A stretch of 64,000 nt of DNA from Candidatus Multivoradales bacterium (GTDB lineage Bacteria > Acidobacteriota > Thermoanaerobaculia > Multivoradales > JAHEKO01), in NCBI GenBank assembly GCA_965223855.1, contig CBDCXM010000009.1, positions 2,912,001 to 2,976,000 on the forward strand. Reading direction: 5' to 3'. The notes beneath the pieces are model-generated. The model did not search any database. It worked only from the letters and a program-made list of their open reading frames with translations, and was not told where the DNA came from. Position numbers and translations under genes: made by a program. This document shows, in pieces, positions 59,509-64,000 of this stretch. Position 1 is the first letter of the stretch. The number at the start of each line of letters is the position of its first letter.

Positions 59509-61037
59509 AGATACTTTCGGTCGCGGGCAGCCGCGAGATCGACCGACGGGCGATCGAAGACCTGGGCATTCCGGCGGTGGTCCTCATGGAGAACGCTGCG
59601 ATCGGTGTCGCGGACGCGATCTGCGAGGCGTTTGGGCATCTCGACCATGTCGCAATCTTCTGTGGGCCGGGCAACAACGGGGGCGATGGCTACGCCGTGG
59701 CGCGTCATCTCGACCGCCGGGGCTTTCAGGTGAAGTTGATCGCCGTCGGACCGGCCCCGGTAACGGACGAGGCCCGACTCCAGCACGACATCTGCCGGCG
59801 GCAGGAGATGGCAGTCCTCGACTGGCCGGAGGAGGGGAGGATCGATCGGGAGGAGTGTGACTGGGAGCTGGCTGTGGACGCGCTCTTCGGCCTCGGGCTC
59901 TCCCGTCCCCTGACCGGTCCCTTTCACGCCGCGGTGCGAGAGATCCGCGAGCGCGGAACTCCCGTCGTCGCGGTCGACCTTCCCAGCGGCCTGAACGGCG
60001 ACTCCTGCCGGCCGCTCGGAAGCCACGTCGAGGCCGATCTGACCGTGACCTTCGAGACGCTCAAGCCTGCCCATGTCCTCCCGCCGGCCGCGGATCTCGC
60101 CGGCGAGATCGCGATTGCCGATCTGGGGATCAGCCGTGCCGTTGCCGGCGGAGTCGAAAGCAACATGACCTGGGTGGACGGTGCGCATGTCGGCGAGCGG
60201 CTTCCCGCGCGCCGGCGGGATGCCCACAAGGGCGACTTCGGTCGGGTGCTGGTCGTCGCCGGCTCCCCGGGTTTCAGCGGAGCCGCCGTTTTGACCGCGC
60301 GCACCGCCCTGCGCTGCGGCGCGGGACTGGTGACCTGCGCAGTGCCGGAAACACTGATGACTACCGTCGAGGCGGCGTCGCTCGAGACGATGACTCTCGG
60401 GCTCCCCTCCGGCGCCCATGGAGGGCTTTCCTCCTGGGCCGTCGAACCGGTGCTCGAGGCGGCGGCACAGGTCGACACCCTGGCGATCGGTCCCGGTCTC
60501 GGCAGTCATGCCGAGACCCGAGCGGCGGTTCGGGACATCGTGCTGGGGACCGCCGGACGGGTAGTGATCGATGCCAGCGCCCTCGACGCCTTCGCCGGGG
60601 ACCTCGAGGCACTGCGCGAACGGGACGGCGAAACGGTGCTGACGCCTCACGGAGGCGAGCTGTCTCGACTGCTCGACAGACCGTCGGCCGAATTGGCCTT
60701 CGATCGAGCCGCCAGCGCGATCGAGGCGGCGGAAAGGTCCGGCGCCTGCGTCGTCTTCAAGGGCGCTCGAAGCCTGACGGCGAGCCCGGACGGGCTCCTC
60801 TTCGTCAACAGCTCCGGTAACTCCGGCATGGCGACCGCCGGCACGGGGGACGTCCTCACCGGTGTGCTGGCGGCGCTTCTCGCCCTCCCCATGGATACGG
60901 TCGAAGCCGCCGCCTGCGGCGTCTGGCTCCACGGGCGTGCCGGCGATCGCGCGGCGCAAGGCCTGGGCGAGGCCGGGATGACGGCGGGCGATCTGATGGA
61001 GGCGCTGCCCCTGGTGCTGGAGGAGCGATGGGGTTGA
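59505..61037 (+). CDS. nnr: Bifunctional NAD(P)H-hydrate epimerase/dehydratase (YjeF)
   Basis: LMENAA, GPGNNGGDG, DLPSG, HKGDFG, TPHGGE, MATAGTGDVLTG. Confidence 0.95.
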   Translation: MKILSVAGSREIDRRAIEDLGIPAVVLMENAAIGVADAICEAFGHLDHVAIFCGPGNNGGDGYAVARHLDRRGFQVKLIAVGPAPVTDEARLQHDICRRQEMAVLDWPEEGRIDREECDWELAVDALFGLGLSRPLTGPFHAAVREIRERGTPVVAVDLPSGLNGDSCRPLGSHVEADLTVTFETLKPAHVLPPAADLAGEIAIADLGISRAVAGGVESNMTWVDGAHVGERLPARRRDAHKGDFGRVLVVAGSPGFSGAAVLTARTALRCGAGLVTCAVPETLMTTVEAASLETMTLGLPSGAHGGLSSWAVEPVLEAAAQVDTLAIGPGLGSHAETRAAVRDIVLGTAGRVVIDASALDAFAGDLEALRERDGETVLTPHGGELSRLLDRPSAELAFDRAASAIEAAERSGACVVFKGARSLTASPDGLLFVNSSGNSGMATAGTGDVLTGVLAALLALPMDTVEAAACGVWLHGRAGDRAAQGLGEAGMTAGDLMEALPLVLEERWG

Positions 61038-61447
61038 GGCGCTGGGAGTCCCGCAGTGAAGAGGAGACCCGGGGGGTAGGGGAGGAACTCGGGAAGGACC
61101 TCGAGCCCGACGGCGTGCTCCTGCTTTCCGGTGAGCTCGGCGCCGGCAAGACCGTGCTGGTCAAGGGAGTGGCGCGGGCGCTGGGGATCGACGAGGCTGA
61201 GGTACAATCTCCGACCTTCACCCTGATGCGTTCGCATCGGGGACGTGCGGGAAGCCTGCTTCACGTCGATCTCTACAGACTCGAACCTGACGATGTCCCG
61301 GAACTCGGTCTCGAGGAGGCCCTGTACGGGGAGGGCGTCAAGGTCGTCGAATGGGCGGAGCGCCTGCCTTTCGAGGTGAACGGGGCCTTGAGGCTTCGTC
61401 TCAGGCGATCGAGTTCGGGCAGCCGCATGATCGAGGAACAGCCGTAA
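61028..61447 (+). CDS. tsaE: tRNA threonylcarbamoyladenosine biosynthesis ATPase
   Basis: GELGAGKT, VQSPTF, HVDLYRL, VEW; follows nnr. Confidence 0.95.
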   Translation: MGLRRWESRSEEETRGVGEELGKDLEPDGVLLLSGELGAGKTVLVKGVARALGIDEAEVQSPTFTLMRSHRGRAGSLLHVDLYRLEPDDVPELGLEEALYGEGVKVVEWAERLPFEVNGALRLRLRRSSSGSRMIEEQP

Positions 61448-61496
61448 CGAGGAATGACGCAACTGGAGCAACCTGGCTCCAGAAAGGTGCAGACGC

Positions 61497-62354
61497 ATGA
61501 AGATTCGCAAGGTAGGAGTGATGGGGTGCGGACTGATGGGGTCCGGAATCGCCGAGGTGGCGGCCCGTTCGGGCTTCGACACCGTGGTCAGGGAGGTCAA
61601 CCAGGACTTCCTCGACTCCGGGCTCGCGAGGATTTCGAAGTCCCTCGGGCGCGCGGTCGACAAGGGCAAGATGGAAGCGGCGGATCGGGATGCCACTCTC
61701 GGGCGGATCGAGGGGACCACCGAACTGTCGGACCTCGCCTCGTGCGACCTGGTGGTGGAAGCGATCGTCGAGGATCTCGAAGAGAAGTGTCGCACCTTCG
61801 CCGAGCTCGACAAGCTCGCACAACCGGAGGCGATCTTCGCCAGCAACACCTCGTCGCTGACGATCACCGAGCTCGCGATGTCGACCCAGCGCCCGGAGCG
61901 CTTCGTCGGACTGCACTACTTCAACCCGGTGCCGGTCATGAAGCTCGTCGAGGTCGTCCGAACGCTGGCCACCGACGACGCGGTGATCGAGACGGTGCAC
62001 GCCTATGTGCGCGAAACGGGCAAGGAACCGGTCGCCTGCCGCGACAACTCGGGCTTCATCGTCAATCGCCTCCTCGTGCCGTACCTGCTGGACGCGATCC
62101 GCGCCTACGAAGAGGGTGTCGGCAGCGTTGAGGACATCGACAAGGCGATGCAGCTCGGCTGCGGCTACCCGATGGGGCCGCTGACTCTGCTCGACTTCGT
62201 CGGCCTCGACACGACCTACTACATCGCCAACATCATGTTCGAGGAGTATCGCGAGAAGCGGTTCGCGCCTCCGCCGCTGCTCAAGCAGATGGTCCTCGCC
62301 GGCCGGTTCGGTCGCAAGAGCGGCCGCGGCTTCTACGACTACGGCGAGCGGTAG
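61497..62354 (+). CDS. 3-hydroxybutyryl-CoA / 3-hydroxyacyl-CoA dehydrogenase
   Basis: GCGLMGSGIA, SNTSS, GLHYFNPVP, GFIVNRLL, GYPMGP, GRGFYDY. Confidence 0.93.
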   Translation: MKIRKVGVMGCGLMGSGIAEVAARSGFDTVVREVNQDFLDSGLARISKSLGRAVDKGKMEAADRDATLGRIEGTTELSDLASCDLVVEAIVEDLEEKCRTFAELDKLAQPEAIFASNTSSLTITELAMSTQRPERFVGLHYFNPVPVMKLVEVVRTLATDDAVIETVHAYVRETGKEPVACRDNSGFIVNRLLVPYLLDAIRAYEEGVGSVEDIDKAMQLGCGYPMGPLTLLDFVGLDTTYYIANIMFEEYREKRFAPPPLLKQMVLAGRFGRKSGRGFYDYGER

Positions 62355-63484
62355 TGACCGAGGGCCTCACCACCACCGTGGCCGCAGACCCTGAAGAGGT
62401 CACTCGCATCGCGGTGAGCGAGGAGTGGGCGAGCGCACTGTTCGGCCCCAGGGACGAGAACCTCCGGCGTATCGAGGCGGCACTCGACGTCACCCTCGAA
62501 GCGCGCGGGGAAGACGTGCGGATCGGCGGTGAAGCAGCCGCCCGTGAGCTCGCGGCAAGGCTGCTCTCCGAGCTGTCGGCTCTGCTCGACCGCGGCTATG
62601 AACTGCAGGCGGTCGATATCGACACCGCGCTGAGAGTCGTTCGCGAGGCGCCCGACGCCTCGCTGGCGAAATTCTTCTCGGCCGACGGCTTCGCCGGGCG
62701 CGTGCTCTCGAAAGTCAAGCCACGCAGCGTCAGCCAGCAGATCTACCTGCAGGCCATGGCCGACAGCGATCTCGTGGTCTCGGTCGGTCCGGCAGGCACG
62801 GGCAAGACCTACCTCGCCGTGGCGATGGCGGCGGTCGCCCTTCAGGAGGAGAGGGTGAGGCGGCTCGTGCTGGCGCGACCTGCGGTCGAGGCGGGAGAGA
62901 AGCTCGGCTTTCTCCCGGGTGACCTGGTCGAGAAGGTGAATCCCTATCTGCGGCCTCTCTATGACGCGCTCTACGACATCATCGGCTTCGACAAGGTGAC
63001 GCGCATGCTCGAGCGCGGCACCATCGAGGTGGCCCCGCTCGCCTTCATGCGAGGGAGAACGCTCAACGACAGCTTCATCATCCTCGACGAGGCGCAGAAC
63101 ACGACGTCGGAACAGATGAAGATGTTCCTCACCCGCGTCGGGTTCAACTCGCAGGCGGTGATCAACGGCGACGTGACCCAGATCGATCTTCCCGCCGGCC
63201 GGGTGTCGGGGCTCAAGGAGGCGCTTCGCATCCTCGAAGGCATCGACGGAATCCGCTTCGTGCATTTCACGCAGCGCGACGTCGTCCGGCACCCTCTGGT
63301 GGCGAAGATCATCCAGGCATACGACCGTCGCGACGCAGCGCTGCGCCGATCGAAGGCCGGCCGATCAAGTGCGGGCCAGTCAGAGGTGGGCCAGTCAAAG
63401 GTGGGCAAGTCAAAGGTGGGCCAGTCGAAGGCCGGGAAGGACAACAGCGGCGCAGGCGCGGCCGCCGACTCGGGAGATGAGTGA
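62354..63484 (+). CDS. PhoH family ATPase (YbeZ-like)
   Basis: GPAGTGKT, RPAVEAGEKLGFLPG, PLAFMRGRT, LDEAQN, DVVRHPLV. Confidence 0.95.
   Translation: MTEGLTTTVAADPEEVTRIAVSEEWASALFGPRDENLRRIEAALDVTLEARGEDVRIGGEAAARELAARLLSELSALLDRGYELQAVDIDTALRVVREAPDASLAKFFSADGFAGRVLSKVKPRSVSQQIYLQAMADSDLVVSVGPAGTGKTYLAVAMAAVALQEERVRRLVLARPAVEAGEKLGFLPGDLVEKVNPYLRPLYDALYDIIGFDKVTRMLERGTIEVAPLAFMRGRTLNDSFIILDEAQNTTSEQMKMFLTRVGFNSQAVINGDVTQIDLPAGRVSGLKEALRILEGIDGIRFVHFTQRDVVRHPLVAKIIQAYDRRDAALRRSKAGRSSAGQSEVGQSKVGKSKVGQSKAGKDNSGAGAAADSGDE
63343..63432 (+). repeat. 15-bp tandem repeat (4 close plus 2 degenerate units) in PhoH tail
   Basis: gggccagtcagaggt / gggccagtcaaaggt / gggcaagtcaaaggt / gggccagtcgaaggc at 63373-63432, encoding GQSEV GQSKV GKSKV GQSKA. 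Confidence 0.85.
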
Positions 63485-63899
63485 GGTCGAGCTTCAGGAC
63501 CATGCGGGATACGGCCATGACGAGACCAACCGGCTCGAAGGATGGCTCGAGCGGGTCGTGCGGGGTGCTGATCTCGACGGCTCGCTGACCGCCCGCCTGG
63601 CGACCGACGAGGAGGTCCGCCGCTGGAATCGGGAGTTGAGAGGCCGGGACGCCGCCACCGACGTGCTTTCCTTCCCCGGGGAAGCGACGGTCGAGGGGCC
63701 GGAGATCGGCGATGTTCTGGTGGCACTCCCGGTTGCACGGAGGCAGGCGGCGGAGGCCGGACACGCGCTCGAGCGCGAGCTGCAGGAGCTCCTGCTCCAC
63801 GGTCTGCTGCACTGCCTCGGCTACGACCACGAGGAAGACGCAGGCGAGATGGAGGCGTTGGAGCTCCAATGGCGAGAGCGGTGGATCGACGGTGAATGA
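63477..63899 (+). CDS. ybeY: rRNA maturation endoribonuclease YbeY
   Basis: TDVLSFP, HGLLHCLGYDH zinc motif. Confidence 0.95.
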   Translation: MSEVELQDHAGYGHDETNRLEGWLERVVRGADLDGSLTARLATDEEVRRWNRELRGRDAATDVLSFPGEATVEGPEIGDVLVALPVARRQAAEAGHALERELQELLLHGLLHCLGYDHEEDAGEMEALELQWRERWIDGE

Positions 63900-64000
63900 G
63901 AACGAGCCCAGGACCGGGAGTATCGCGCTCGTCGGTCGGCCGAACGCAGGCAAGTCGACGCTCATGAACCGCTGGCTGGGAGAGAAGCTCGCCATCGTCT
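63892..64000 (+). CDS. era: GTPase Era (3'-truncated by window edge)
   Basis: GSIALVGRPNAGKSTLMN..LGEKLAIV from GTG 63892; follows ybeY. Confidence 0.9.
   Translation, partial: MNENEPRTGSIALVGRPNAGKSTLMNRWLGEKLAIV

Noticed and set aside
63343-63432. Repeat array as a possible CRISPR
   Set aside because: Contiguous 15-bp units without spacers, in frame within PhoH, and no cas genes

Overview
GC-rich (roughly 69% by eye), densely coding bacterial core-genome window. It most likely comes from Acidobacteriota (Thermoanaerobaculia-like), inferred from the lipid A/BAM/Lol genes and two acidobacterial VWA-type secreted proteins. It holds about 62 CDS and one tRNA-Arg(CCT). The housekeeping runs are aroC; hisS-aspS-aroB-HD-GYP-ftsY-hemW-ltaE; lysS-lolC/E-lolD-clpC-bamA-skp-lpxD-fabZ-lpxA-(gnnA-like)-mtnP-surE-pcm-yqaA-tRNA; cinA-plsY-gpsA-guaA; lgt-thiD; and nnr-tsaE-hbd-phoH-ybeY-era. 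I saw no CRISPR array, prophage, transposase, rRNA or defence island. The most notable observations are: (1) a ~390-nt non-coding gap between convergent genes (24035-24425) packed with nested and mutually exclusive helices, a candidate structured RNA; (2) an apparently inactivated SplB-like radical-SAM/HhH protein coupled between ftsY and hemW; (3) a repeated leaderless-promoter pattern (TAnnnT 6-8 nt before start codons), several of them bidirectional; (4) a secreted SGNH hydrolase with a dockerin-like tail and a coupled partner; (5) a PorU-like C25 protease. Three sequence anomalies (frameshifts in lgt and a VWA gene, an ATC start for lolC/E) may be assembly errors. All family calls come from motif recognition by eye, not database searches.
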